DNA of 64,000 nt from Trichoplax sp. H2 (lineage: Eukaryota), in contig NOWV01000288.1 in NCBI GenBank assembly GCA_003344405.1, positions 1 to 64,000 of the forward strand. The letters are read 5' to 3'. Shown here one piece after another: positions 26,425-40,510 of this stretch. The notes beneath the pieces are model-generated. The model was not told the origin of the DNA. It made no database searches and saw nothing but the letters and a program-made list of their open reading frames with translations. The position numbers and the translations under genes are program-made. Within the stretch, counting starts at the first letter, position 1, and every line of letters starts with the position of its first letter.

Positions 26425-28065
26425 TTAAATTTCAGAATGCAAGAGCTGTAAAGGAGCATTTGAATTTTGAGGATATAACCCAGTAGCTTTAAAGCCATTA
26501 ATCAAAAAATTGGCCATATCTGGGTTTAATTGGTTCCATAAGTCGTTCAACAACTTGGGAAAGTGAACCATGATTGTGCTATTTCCCTGATGCGTTTCTT
26601 TCAGATATTTAGACAATATAGCTTTCCATGCTGTTTCGCATGATTTAAAAATATGATCTAGGGGCTGCATTAGATTAAATGCCTTCCTGGACAGACATGC
26701 AAAGCATACACTATTTTGTCGAGCCAACTGGACTAGGTGTGGTGAGAAATGACTGCTAATGCTATCACCAATAACAAGCTTTTTCCCAGGACGATCCTTA
26801 GTGTATGCTAGTAGAATACATTCAAACCACTGCTGGAAAGTGTTCATGTTAAACCAGCCTAATTCAGTGTTTGAATAGATAGTGCCTAGTGGTCCACCAA
26901 GTGTCCATGAAGGACATAAATGGGGGGACTTATAACAAACGAAAGGTGGTAGCCATTCTCCAGTCGCTGATCCACAAATCATTACTGATACATGGGTGCT
27001 ATTTTTAATATGGTCCTTAACTAACTCAATTTTACGTGTACCTCTATAATAGATGACTTCTCTCATATTCGGGTCAATTGGGATAATGATTTCGCCAAAA
27101 TTGAATAAGTTTTCACGTTCAATATCGCCCACCGCTTCCAGCCTCAGATAAAAATCTGATATATACTCGCATTCCTTATCGATGGCAAGTTTAATCGCTT
27201 TCATTTTCCTTGTAGGTCTACTCGGTAAGGTGTTCTTTGCTTGTCTATTCCGTAAGTTATTCCTTGTCATAAATGAAGTAACGAAGTCTCGGCCTGGATA
27301 ATTGTTTCGAAAACGCTCAACAGTTTTTCCGTTCATATCAAGATAATTTTTAATTATTTTTCGAATTTCAAAATAGTCCAACTCGTAACCCCAGGATAAT
27401 ATTTGACTAAATGTATCCGAGATTACATTTTGCTCAGCACGAGTTAGTTCTGATGGTCTACCGACTCTCCTTTTATTGCCTTTCATATGATCTCGAATCG
27501 TACTTGCCGGTATATTATAGGCTCTTGAAGCTTTAGCTATAGGCATGCCAAATTTAATTGCTGTTAAAGCTTTTTGTAGCTGGTCTGTGGTATAGCGTCT
27601 GTTATGTTTAACTATTACAACTGGTTTAGACCGCGAAATCTCTATACTTTCTTTACGAATCAAAGCTTCATTATTTAGCTGTAAATATAAGAAAATGTTG
27701 TTTGGTTAGCAATACATCACCTATCGCAAATTCAACACTTGCTTCATTTATGCAGATTATCTGAAATATTAAATGCGGATGTAGAAGAAAAGTCAGTATG
27801 TGTAGTAGTTCAGACATGATAGTATGTTGTAGATGATAATATATTAATCGTTTAAGATTTCTATTGCAATAAAGATAAGAAAAAATATGCGATTAAACTT
27901 GAAGTCCGATGATAGTGTTAAGCTTAGTAAGACGTTTTTTAACAAAGAGAATTTGATCTTAGAGTCAAAAAGCAAAATTACGTTATTGCGATTTCTCCTG
28001 GGTGAGTGGTAGCTCAGTAATTGACTAACCTTCTTCAAACTGGTTGTGTTAGAATTTTGAATCAT
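26425..28065 (-). CDS. pogo/Tigger (CENP-B/jerky-like) transposase-derived protein: Psq-type HTH + second HTH + DDE_1-like domain; exons 28065-28030 and 27678-26425 (~429 aa)
   Basis: YTTDQLQKALTAIKFGMPIAKASRAYNIPASTIRDH (Psq HTH), GRPSELT, VSVMICGSATGEWLPPF, GWFN, VIGDSISSH, MQPLD, INGFKATGLYP. The long ORF has only a TTG start, but a CTAAC...TTACAG acceptor lies at 27679 and an in-frame ATG...AAG|GTTAGT exon lies upstream. Exon 1 is the less certain part. Confidence 0.8.
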
Positions 28066-30433
28066 TTTTCCAGGCTCGAAATAGGCCCTTGTGGCCTCTA
28101 TCTTAATGAATAGGTTGTGATGCAGATCGATCCTTTAGAGCTGCCAAAGTAATAGCTTTATAGCAAGCTGTGAGTGCAAAGCATTAATAACATTATATTC
28201 AGAAACTTTCGAAGTACAGTTACAATTTAGATTTTTTGTCGTAAATATTGGATGCATGGATTATATGGCAATTAGTGCTAACTGATTTCGACTGTGTGCT
28301 ATGTGAAGGAAATGGTAGACAGTAAGAAAACCCTTGTTAGGCGAATAGGGTTTAATGTTTAGTTTATCGGATTCAGTAAATATATTTAACAATGTTACGT
28401 GTTGCATGATGAACTTAACGCATTAGTGATATGGTTCAGTCTTGGAGTTTAAGTTTAACCTTAAGCTATAGAATCTAATATTTGCCAATCAAATCTAAAA
28501 ATTGTAGCTTAGCTTATGAAAAATTTGTTCCTGGATGGTCGAGCATTAAAATTTATGCTCATTTAAACATGCTATATGGCTTACCCTGAAATAAAGATAT
28601 TGTAGATTGGTCAATTGCTCACTTGAGATACTGAAGCACACCCTTCTAATCTTACCTTCTTATGCAGCCGTTTTAGAGATTTTCTCTAACAACTATTCTG
28701 TGCGTTCTTTCGTCTAGCTAATAGATAAATCAGACCTTTCAATGATGCAAATTGCATACATAGCGTAAGCAAAAATACACAGTATGTAGGGAAGGACTAA
28801 GTTATTGTAACTTTAGAGGGCCTACGATTTCAGCTCTTACAAATACATTATAAGGTCATATGCCGACAGGGAGTTTTGTGTGTTACAGAGGGAATGGAGA
28901 AACTTTCCCCTTTACTCTACGAATACGTTTCCTGAGATCTACATAATTGTATATGGCTCATCAACGGTAGTGGTAGCAGAATAATATATGAAGAAAAGTA
29001 TATCGCATTTGCAGGATCGACAGATCAGAATTTACTGTATGTAACGGAATCCTTAAGCTTTGATGAAGGTTGGAAAACTGTATAATTAGTAGATTAGATG
29101 GTACTGACTTTTACGAAACTGTTTTGTTCATAAAATAAGATGGATAAGGAATGTAATTTATATCAGATATTGGTTGATACCATACCATGACTAAGCATGC
29201 TATTTTTACTCCGAGAAGCTGCTAATATGAAATCAATTGCATTAACTTTATTATGTAATCTTTATAGGTGAAATTTTAGCTTTTAGGTAATAAAATAAAA
29301 AGAATGATTTTAATTTACAGTACAGTATATAGCACAGTTTGACGAAGAATTGATTTTGGGTCTAAAAGCTTACCAACTTAGACTCTACCATGACTGCAGA
29401 AATGATTTAACCTTCGTTATACAAATATGCTCAGTAGGGATTTATATTGAGCAAAAGCCACATTTGCTATATCAATTTCTTCCTAGCATTGCAGTTTACT
29501 TGCATTTGGCGTATACTGTATCTTACTGTTAGATAAATGTTTGTACTAAGATTTGCTTTTAAGTACAATTGAAGAAGTAATATATAGTAAAATTGTTGGG
29601 ATTCAATCTCAGGCTATTAACTGCTGTTCAAGAAATGATTGAGCAGTTGAAATAATTGGTTAAGGTAGCCTAAGTGTAGTGTTCTACTAAACTGCGGGGA
29701 AGTTTTGATAGGAGGTGCGTCTGTTCTAATTCTGAGTTTAGTGCGAAGATTTTGCAGTGTTGTTAACGTATAAGATAAGAGGCATAACCAGACTATTTAA
29801 TAATTAATTCTGGGAAGTTATATCGAAGAGCTGTAATAAAATCGAAGGTAGAATTATATTTGTCCATTTTCTTTATAATAAAAATATCGTTAATGTACAG
29901 TACATGAGACTGCACTGTTTACTTCAATAGTAATATTTCTGTAAAAATCAATATTTTCCGGAAATACTATTAGATAAGTTCTAGTGCCAGATATACTTTA
30001 AACCAGTAAAATGATTTGTTCAGTTATTCAGGAAATGAAATTATCTGAAAATATCGACCTGGAAGCTCCATATTAACATAGTTTAATAATTTATTAACTT
30101 GGAATATAAAAGTTTATAGCTTCATGCGAAAACATGAAAGTTTTAAATGATCAGAAATAAGAATAAAAAGAAGCTATTTACGAATTGTTTAGGAACAATT
30201 CACTGCAATTATACTGAAATTTATGTGACTGTAAGAAGTAACTACTTTGATGCTAATGATTTTTTATCCTCAAAAATTAAGATCGCCTTAAAGCAGCGAT
30301 AGTAATGCAAAAATGATAAATCTTTCAACATTAATTAATTGCATAAATCATACATATTCTAAAGGTCTCTTATGCGATTTTTCGTGGATTTTCGGCTAAA
30401 ATTAATACGCATTTTGTGAATATCAACCTCATA

Positions 30434-33160
30434 TTAATGACGAAATACGGTTGTAATTTTTCTTCTGAACATTGTTATATCCTAAGTTAAACAAATCATA
30501 TAACAGCCAACATAAATAAAACTAATGTAATGTAGTTTATTGTAACTAATCGCAAATCTGTAGTTATAATAATTTAGATATATTCTATCTGTCTGATTAT
30601 AAAAGTTTTATTAGTAAAGGTAGTTTAAGATATAGGCTTGACTTACTGTAAATAAAACCAAACTAAGGAGTGCTGCCTTCAAGTTTATGTCCAAATCGAC
30701 CGAAACTAGAGTATAAGTTACATATAGGCAATGAGTTAAAAAATCAGGTATCATGATAAATGCACGCTTTGAATTAATTGAGTTTATATCGTTAGTATAA
30801 AGGCTTTTAACTCAAATCTAGCTGTAAAACTAGGGTAGCATATATTATCTCGAACTAAGTAATATTTTAGATATATAGAAATTATTCAATTACCGTGTGT
30901 ATCAAAAAAATCTTGGTAGGCATCGCCATTCTTACCAGACCAGTGCTTAACTAACTGACCAATCGACTGATCTTTATTCGCCAACTGAATCTATTATAAT
31001 TGTCAAATAGTAATAGAAAATTTATTATTTAATTACTAGATTTCATGATTACGGTATAGCGTATTATGGTCTGTTAATACGACAATATTCGGATTTCGTT
31101 ATTAAAAATTAAGTAGCCATTAGGCCTTGGCTTTAAGTTTTATAGCGAAATGCAGAGGAAAATAAAATAAATTAAAGCAGTGTAAAGTATAACACATCTC
31201 TACTGTATAGATTGCTTACTAAATATCACAAGTCATATTGATGCAAAATGAACTATGCAATCGGATTATATTCGTTAAGAACAAGATATAAATTGCATCA
31301 TTACTCAAAGGGAAGGGTCTTCAAAATAGAACAGCCTAATAATACTACTGCTTCAAGCCCTTGAATTCACGAGCTAGTTTTACTATACTTTATTATTTAA
31401 CTAATTGTGTAATTCATAATTATTGATCCTTCAGGCATATTTTGCTTTAACTGGATATTACATTCTATTGCTGCTTGAAATGTCAATCCTGTTAAAGAAT
31501 GCTCACTTTTATTTAGCTGCCTATGAATTGAAAACCAGCCTTTCGCAATAAATTTAAGCATTTAACGAAAATTACTTGTAGATACTCATTTCAGCTTGGA
31601 AATTGGCCTAGCAAGGTTGAGAATTATTATATATGTCGCGTGAAATGAAAAATACTTTTGCAATTGTAGTAACTCATCAGAATGCTATTTGGAAACTGTA
31701 TTACTTTCTTACTATCTTGATTTTTCTTACTTTTGAATTTACTAATTCGCTTGATTCGGTTATTTAGTATTTACTTTAATTTAATACCTCAAATATGAAG
31801 TCTCTGGGATCTTTCAGTCCATTACGAATATCATTATTTCCTTGAATCATCAGCTGTGTGTAACCAGCATTATCCATAATTTCAAAACAAGGACACGCCA
31901 TCGAAGCGCTAAAATGGAAAATAACGTTATAAATTAATTATGGATAAGATGCAAACTACAAAGTTGGTACATGAGTTGTATTAAATAACAGTAGCAATAA
32001 TGAAGCTAATGCAAAGTTGAAATGTTGCTTTCGGATGAAAAATTAAACGATATCTTACCGTGCTCGAATAAATGGCGATAAAAGACAACAAGTAAAGTGA
32101 AATTAAAAAAGCTAATAAACAGCCTAGATAAGTTATTATAAGTTGCTATGTAGAATTAAATTACGTTTGCTTAATTGTAGCTAAGTGTTTGCCGGGCGGT
32201 GATTCGACCTTGATTTCATTTAAGTAACCCGGCATGCGACAACAACAGCAACATTTACATTGATCTGACCAAGAAAAGTGGATAATTTCTGCTTCAATTA
32301 CATCATAAATTCTCCCTTCATGCAAATGGCTTGGACTATTACAGCGAGCGACAAAGTCTTCAACTGAAATGTGAAGGGATAAATATTTAAGCTCCAGTTA
32401 TTTTTATAACTTTTTTGCTATGATGTAATAATGCTTTCATTTAAACGGTTTTTAATTACATTAATTAGCTAAATTAAATATAGTGTAATAATTTAACTGT
32501 AGTATTTTTATCTTTTACCTACACCAGCCATGTATACCGCTTGTCCGGATGGATTCTTAACCGAGAATTTATGAGCCACGCCAAAATTTCTAGAAACTTA
32601 TGAAAGGGCAAACTTTAGAGTTTTCTAGAATTAAGAATTTTTAACGTAATGCAAGAATCAAATACTGAAGGATGTATACAGTAAGAATTGATCGGCATTG
32701 ATTAATTTAGACCGGATTGATTAAGCTAGTAAGCTCATGCCAAGGGACAAGGATTTAAAATTTATGGTCTTACTTTCCACAGTAATGAACTTATCAATTA
32801 AAATATAATTATCGATTTACACTAACATTCAAATAGCTCGACTTGATAATGAACAAGCCATTGATGAAGTGGCTGCAAATATGACAATCCTGGCGAGCAA
32901 TTACCAATCGTAGCTGCAGGCATAGGCATCCATTCTACATGCTGTGGTCTTTCGCCTGGCTGTTGATTAATGAAAGGTAAAACAGGAGAAAAACCGGGAT
33001 CCGAATTACCAGAAGATAAAGGCAAATTATTTTGCGGTTCTTGAACTATCGCTGCGGCAGCATCATGAAGACTTTGCTCTCGAGCTCTGCCATGGCTGCC
33101 AGTTCTAACTGCTACATCACTAAATCGGCTGTATCCCTTGCTTTCATTCGACTTGAGCAT
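30434..33160 (-). CDS. Divergent phospholipid scramblase paralog (exons 33160-32827, 32596-32519, 32363-32165, 31908-31788, 30990-30894, 30705-30647, 30481-30434)
   Basis: WMPMP..NCSPGLSYLQPLHQWLVHYQVELFE, KFSVKNPSGQAVY, CKCCCCC, IKVESPPG, KHWSG, DLDINLKAALL. Intron positions and phases match the neighbouring scramblase and the spliced frame is open. Start Met uncertain. Confidence 0.8.
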
Positions 33161-35860
33161 CGTTACCAAGCACTCGTCTTCATTAGAATCGATTGCTGTC
33201 TTTCTCAAAATCTTTTTTATTTCTTTTTATTACTCCTATTATGATTATAGTTAAGAATCCCTTTTCATGCACACTACCTATTTGTAACTTTAGTTTATAG
33301 CCTCTCCAGGAAAAGCTCGATGCAATAAAGAGGCTTCACTATCAGGTTCCCTAGATTAATTGGATTAGACTTCTCAACGTCCGCCAGTCTTTTTGTACGT
33401 CATCAACTAATGAGCTAATTAATTATCCCATATGCTGATGTTGATTACCTAATCAAATTCATAATTACCGTTACCGATACGTTTTTAATGATACTGTACG
33501 GCTACTATGCGGCTACGGTAGGGTTGCTACACGAATACTGCAGCGATATTGTGTCGATGCTATAATCAATATTACTCCTGAGTGTAGTGCATAATGTCGG
33601 CCATGAAGAGTTCTATATTGTATGGTGTTTCAATACAGATTCGAAACCGTCTTCGTCGAGACTCTCGATATCTAGATCTTGTTGTAGGAGGTCGAAATTA
33701 GAGTTGATCATTTAGTGAGATGATGAAAGCTGTAGCTAATATAGCTTCCGATCACTGAAAATAGGAGTACAGTATCTGAATGTATTTCTCGTAGAAAATA
33801 GTATTTCTACATTGATGTATAATGATATTGATCGGTGGCAGCTTGTTATAATATCATATTAGACTAAATGTATAAAATCGAAAGAAAATAATCAACAGAT
33901 TGCACAGGTGGAGTTTGGCACAAATATATCAGGAAGCGCATTTCTACTTAATTTGCATAGGTAGTGAAAGTAGTGTCGCTTGGTAGCAGTCTTACAGTGC
34001 GGTAGAAGGTTTTACAGAAATCAGAGAAAAAGAATTCATTGTAAGAAACGGTGTCGTGGAATGGATTTATCTAAGTAATAATATATTGTCTTATTTCAAT
34101 GCTTGAATGATAGCTGTGCATTGCGGCAGTAAATTTTAAAATTGAACTAGAAAAATTGAAAAAGGTCTAGCAAGGCATCGTTACAAGTTTAAACCGTTAC
34201 GTAAGATCGCAGCCAAATAAGGATAATAATATTAATTAGTGCAATCTTGGGGCAACTTTAGAGTACTTTAACTTATTAGCGCTCATTTAAGTAAAAGATA
34301 TCTTTATTTAGAATATGTATTTAAGATTGCTTATGCTAAACTTTAAAAATTTGCCTTAATAAAAATGTATGGTAGAGCTGTCGTAATAAATTTGAGAAAA
34401 TGATTGGAATATTTCAGAGAGTATTTGAAAATACTTTAAATTATATTGAGTAATATAATATGCACGCTATACTGCAGAGTAATCCTAACATAGATCGTAT
34501 TTACGGGCAAGTTTGTAGAATAATACAGGCATCTTTTTTCACTATTTAAATGATTCTTGGCAGATGAATTAATTTATAAAATTTGGTGAAGCCCAACGAT
34601 AAAATTTCTGTATATTAATTTTGAAACTTATTGCACATACATGCTATATGTTGGCAGACTTCATAGTCATTTGTTTTACTAATATCTAAATGTGTACCAT
34701 TCTTGACATGCTCTATGCTCGTATTGTCTTATTGAAGTCATACAAGAAAATTAGCTGCAAGTAAAGAGCGAATATTTCTTACTAATCCCAATAATTACGA
34801 CTCAATGTTTTGATGTCAAAATCTTACAGGTGTTCTACGTTTCAATTTGATATGATCTACACTTAGATTCCCAGCATGATATGGAAAGGTAGCGTTTTTT
34901 AATGAGAAATAGTAAATTGTGGCATATAAATGATTCTACAATTAGAGAATTTTTTAAGGAAAGTAGGTGTTACACCATCTATAATTGTTCAATACTTTAA
35001 GTATACCTCCATGAGCAAATAGAAATATCAGAATTATACAGTAGTAATCCTTACTAGTTGGAAAATGTTAAGCAAAAATTAAAGCTAAATGAATGACAGT
35101 GAAAAATTGACGAAGGACTGCAAGATTTATGGAGAGAAAGAAAGTTTACGCACGATTTAGCAGACGAATAATATATTATTATTTCTAAAGCGCGAAGTTA
35201 CTTGATTATAAAAGTAATGATTTTTCAAAACTGATGTTGATTCTGTTGATTAAAAATAGACAACATATCAGTTTTCTCAAACTTGTACATTAAATTAATA
35301 AACTATCTTAGATTTTAAAAAATATTAATTATGCTACTTTTATTTGCAAAAATACTCTCATTTTCGTAGTTTTTAAATGTTCAATAAGAAGCTTCACCCA
35401 TTAAACTTAATAAAGATGACAATCGCTGCAAATTTAGAATTAATTAAGTTCTTGCTGGTGTAGTTCAATGAAAGCAAAGTCAACTTTCTTTCATCGATAA
35501 ATTTCAATTTCTTATAAATTTTAGCGCTATATGCAACTCTAAAAATATTCTTATAAGTAATAAGCAATTATCTACATTGCCTTGAGATAGTGCTAAAAAT
35601 GTATAGAAATTCGTTTTCTAGCGTTTGACCAGAGGGTCATCGTTCGTTATATTTTACATATACTGTTAAATTTTACTAGCTATGGATATGTTATGATGAG
35701 TAACAATTTTAAGCCTTATAAGAAGCTAACTAAGAATATTCTAAATCAGTAATGTTTGAGTTTCTACATTAGTAATTAATTAGAGATGGCCCAGGTGTAA
35801 TTTCATTTTAAGTGGATCTTATCTGATGATTCTGAAGCGAAATAATTTTATCTACAACTT

Positions 35861-38219
35861 TTAGACATCATGATGAACATGCAAACGGGCTCCATGATGA
35901 TCTTTGTTATTATTATTAGCTTCCTCAAAATACATGAAATCCTATTAAAAACGAAAATAGTTAACGTTAAAATATTATTACTCTGGCTTGTTTACAAATT
36001 TTATTTATTTAGTTACTAATTATCAAAATGCATGCTATCTTTGCTTACAGTTACGAAATTTTCTGCCATTGTGAATAAACTACACTATGATGACTCAATT
36101 ACAATACTTACGATTAAGAATACGGCTCCTAGAAGCGTTGCTTTAACTTTAACATCGAGATCCATAGGAACTGAATGGGTGTAATATTTAATAAGAAATG
36201 TTTAAATATATCAGCTTCATTCTGATCAATAATGATACTAAAAGCACATCTTAGCTTACATGTTATTCCGAAGTTATCTGCATCAGTAAATGCCTCTTTC
36301 AAAAGGCCTGACCACTGCTTTGTGATTTTTCCTACTTTTGTTGCTCCATCTTTACTCTTAACCTGCACAATGTGATAGCAATGGTGTAAGGAATAGATCG
36401 TTAAGTTAATTTATATATCTGGGCTGGTAACTTATTTATTTTTTTTTCTTAACTCTATGGTCTCAACTCATGCCTTTTGATTAAGTAGTTATCTTATGAG
36501 ACGGATGTAAATTATTTTCAGATATGTTAGGTACTATTAATCGAAATCACTGTATTCATGCTATTGATTAAGCTATCATACAACTTAGCGTACACTACCT
36601 CAAATTCAACATCTCCCATACATGAACATGGACAACAAGGACCTTCAATCGTTAAGACAGTGTTTCCTGCAGCATCGGTAATGTCGAATGCGGGTGTGAA
36701 AAGTGACCACCTGATAAATAATAGTTATAATAGTTGTTTTTATTATGTAGGTTGTATTACCACCAGCTATAAATTCTGATACCTAATGGTCAAATTGTAC
36801 GGTATTATCGCAGATATGTGCTATATACGTCTATCCTTTACAATGCATGATACTGAATGAAAACTTAGAAAACAGATCAGATCGCTATAGACTGATCCCA
36901 GTAATGACGAATACTATGCTTAAATTGCTTTTGAACAGAAAAAAATTATTTTAAAGTTTTGTCGGAATTTTGAATGAATGAAATACTAACGATTGTTTAA
37001 CGAAGCCAACGGTATTTCCTGGTGGTGATTCCACCGTTAATTCTTGTAAGAAACATGGGCAGCAACAGCTAGAACATCTGTACGGTCTACTTAAATGAAT
37101 TACTTCCCTTTGAGAGTTGTCCAATATTCTTAATTCAAATGGGCGAGCAGGACCACAACATTGTAGTGTACAACAGTCATTATCTAAGGAACAATTATAA
37201 TCATATAGATATTGTTACTGCTTCCATATCAAGTGAAGAGTTATCTCTTGAGGTCTTAAAGACGTAGAAAAAGTTAGATTGGTGATAATTTCGGATTTAT
37301 ACCACAAATTTAATGCTAACGAAGGCATACCTTCAGCAGCAAAGTAAACTTGTTGTCCCAATGTATTTTTGACAGCGTACTTGTTTGCGGTTTCGATATT
37401 TGTAAAAACTATCATGAATGAAAGTAATGAGGTTTATGAGATTAAAGGGAAGATATTAGAAAATTTTGCGCTATCATAGCTTCGGTTTCAAACTAATAAG
37501 TTTAATAATCTTTTACAATAAACTAATATTTTCCATAGTAGATTACTGATTTGGAATTAATTTAAAATTTTATCATCCATGATCTAATACATTATGCAAA
37601 AATAACACGATATTTCTTATTCATTAATTTTAAAAACGTTTACAATAATTTAGCTTTCTTAGTAATGTGGTCTTTTAGTAACTACATAAACGCATTTTAT
37701 CGTCGTGTATAATATGCGAGTGTATATGTACGTCTTTAATTAAATTTTAAATCAGACTCAATTAAATGAAGATGATGAGAATTTATAACGTTTAGTGTCT
37801 TGTTTTGTTAAGATATTAGTTAGATATGACCTACGTTCTAAAATTTCAACTTGTTGATGAATGAGCAACTGATCAATTTGGGTTAGATATTCTAACCCAG
37901 GAGGACAACCCGGTGGTCCTTGCGGTGGAGGCATCCACTGAACTGACTGTCGTCCTCTTGGCCGTTGCTGTAATGATGGCCCTCCATAACCTGGCTGTTG
38001 GGCTACACCGCCTGGTGGTAGACCATAACCTGGTTGAACTGGAGGATAACCCGCTTGTTGAATTTGTTGCTGTGGTGATGCCGGATAAGTATTTTGTGGC
38101 GCATAGCCTGGTTGTGGGACTTGTCCGTAGCCGGGCTGTTGAGATCCATAACCTGGTTGAGTGGCGTAACCAGTTTGAGGAGCGTACCCAGGTTGAGATT
38201 GTGGATAAACTTGGGCCAT
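35861..38219 (-). CDS. PLSCR: Phospholipid scramblase, PLSCR family (exons 38219-37835, 37408-37331, 37183-36991, 36710-36599, 36362-36260, 36170-36112, 35941-35861)
   Basis: P/G/Y/Q-rich N-terminus; [91 protein letters not shown]. Confidence 0.95.
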
Positions 38220-38475
38220 AACAATCAATGAAGATCAAAAATTGTCCTAATAAATCGAAATAGTCTTTCAATGACGGTAATTATCAGTCTACTATAATTT
38301 TAATTTAAATTTCTCTGCCTTACAACTGGAACTAGTATGTGATAATTTTCGGTTCTAATAACAAGTTGCAATAGTATCAAGGACAGATGGATCATTAAAG
38401 AGTTACTCAATGACTGTCTATTACAATTATTGTACTGTAAATGCATAAATACTGTACTTTAAATCAATAAATTAT

Positions 38476-38623
38476 GTTGCTAACAACACTATCCATGCTT
38501 GTGACGTCATTCTGATTGTGAATTATAAAGGTTCGGAGAGAAATCAAATTATTCAATGAATACTGTAGGGCCCTTCGAATACACATTCTTTCTGCGGGTC
38601 CGCTAATCGATTGCCATAGCAAC
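38476..38623. promoter_or_regulatory. Putative scramblase promoter elements: CRE (TGACGTCA, 38502-38509) and RFX X-box (GTTGCTATGGCAAT on the minus strand, 38610-38623)
   Basis: Perfect CRE palindrome and a near-consensus X-box about 280-400 bp upstream of the ATG; weaker X-box-like GTTGCTAACAAC at 38476. Confidence 0.45.
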
Positions 38624-40125
38624 AGGGTTTAGGACATGCTGATGCCTATATATAGGATTATCGTTTATCAAATCAGTGTTGCAGCTATGCTACATCATTT
38701 GCATAATATCACAGAATTGATAGCGCTAAACTTGCAATAAATGGATGATATCATAGTATTACTTAAGTGTTGTTTTACTATAATTCTACAGTGTAATGTT
38801 ATATTGGACGAAAAAACTAAGTTAAATTAAACTATCAACAATTGAAGTCCAGAAAAAACTAAATTAGGGGGAAACACCAGTTTATTATTACCTCAATAAT
38901 AATCTTAGCGAAATTTCTAAAATGAGTAACAAAATACGGGCAAATCTACTTCCTTAACCAAACAAATTATCAATTAATGATAGGATTCACGGTTATTCTA
39001 GAATTTTCTTGTCTTCTCTGTCTTCAACTGCACTAAACTATCGAACTGCGCCACCTTTTATATGCTACGCAGAGTACTTGATGCTGTTAGACTATCCAAG
39101 AATAATTCTAAAGTACTCCAAATAAAGCCAGAAATCAAACACACACATTAAAGATAAATTCTACCCTAGATTACGGAAATTACTAAATTATTATAATCGT
39201 AGGTTAGCTTAATATTGTAGATTTCTACAGTATCTACTAAGAAAAAATAACAATCTTAAATTGAAACCCAGATCGAATATTCGGGTTCATTTTGCATGAA
39301 ATCATAAGATGACATTAACTTCTACCATGATTAATAATCAAAATTAGCCACATATATATTCTATTACAACGTTAGAATTACAATCTCACAATATCTCATT
39401 TTTAACGAAAAAGTTATGCTACTAATTATCTTGAATTCTAGCCTAAATAAAGCAGTCGGATTTACATCATAATATTCTAAGATACTTAGTAAAATATGCT
39501 GTTATAATCAATCAAATAAGTCATATTTTTAAAGCTAGAATACTTATCACGATACAAAAACCAAACTAGAATAAGTACAATATAAAAACTTGAAGTAGAA
39601 TTCTAAAAATTAACATTCATTATATAATACTTTATGCGAACCTGGAAGAAATAATATACGATGTTATTAAATTCATATCTGATCAGTATTTTCTATCCTT
39701 ATTTTAACTTTTTTGCCCCATATATATCTTTACGTATCATGCTCATGATTGATACATGATGAGATTTGTAATTAATCTTCATAGCATATCTAATTTTCGA
39801 TTTCAAAGTTATTTTAACCAAGTTAGTTTTATATTTTAGCATGCATATTAATTTTTTTATCCCATTCATGTGTAAATTCTACAGATAATTGCACTGATGA
39901 AGTTCCACAATAATTTCTGTACTAATTATTACTTGCATACATGGTAGAAATGTGTTACATTATGTTACATCTTAGATGTGCCAATGTAATAAGGATGCTA
40001 ATTATTTTACATTACTAAATACGCGATCGCTAATAAAATACTCTGCTATAATGTTAATGTAGATTTCTGACTTCGATCACTTGTGTTATAAATGTCTAGC
40101 TTTACGGATTATTTAAAGAGTACTA

Positions 40126-40510
40126 TTACGATGTTTCGAAAGGTTTTTGTTGTAACTAACGAACAAGAATGGATTTTGCACCAATTTATTAAGTGATAAA
40201 AGAGAAAAGATAGTTATCCAAGCTTTTAGTGCATTGCTGTTTGCTACTGCCATAACTATATTATATGGAAGGTTCCGATCAGAATAACGCTACAGTATAA
40301 TGGTATGGTAACAGTCATAAATACCAAGGTTGCGGTAAATATCATTTTAGAAGCTTTAATCTGGTGATGATTGTTCATCGTTCTTATGCTATTCTTTCCA
40401 GTCATGAGCATATTGTTGATTTTTTTAATTATATGAAAATATGAAATTGAAGCTATTAGCAATGATAGTGGAAAGGCTGTTATGATATTAAAAATATGAG
40501 CAACTTTGCG
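40126..40510 (-). pseudogene. GPCR pseudogene fragment (TM5-TM7 only)
   Basis: AHIFNIITAFPL...YFHIIKK...QIKASKMIFTAT, frameshift near 40260, then WITIFSLL...VQNPFLFVSYNK. Matches the neighbouring GPCRs; TM1-4 not seen. Confidence 0.8.

Noticed and set aside
37873..38271. Alternative-frame and antisense ORFs over scramblase exon 1
   Set aside because: By-products of a GC-richer, low-complexity coding exon.
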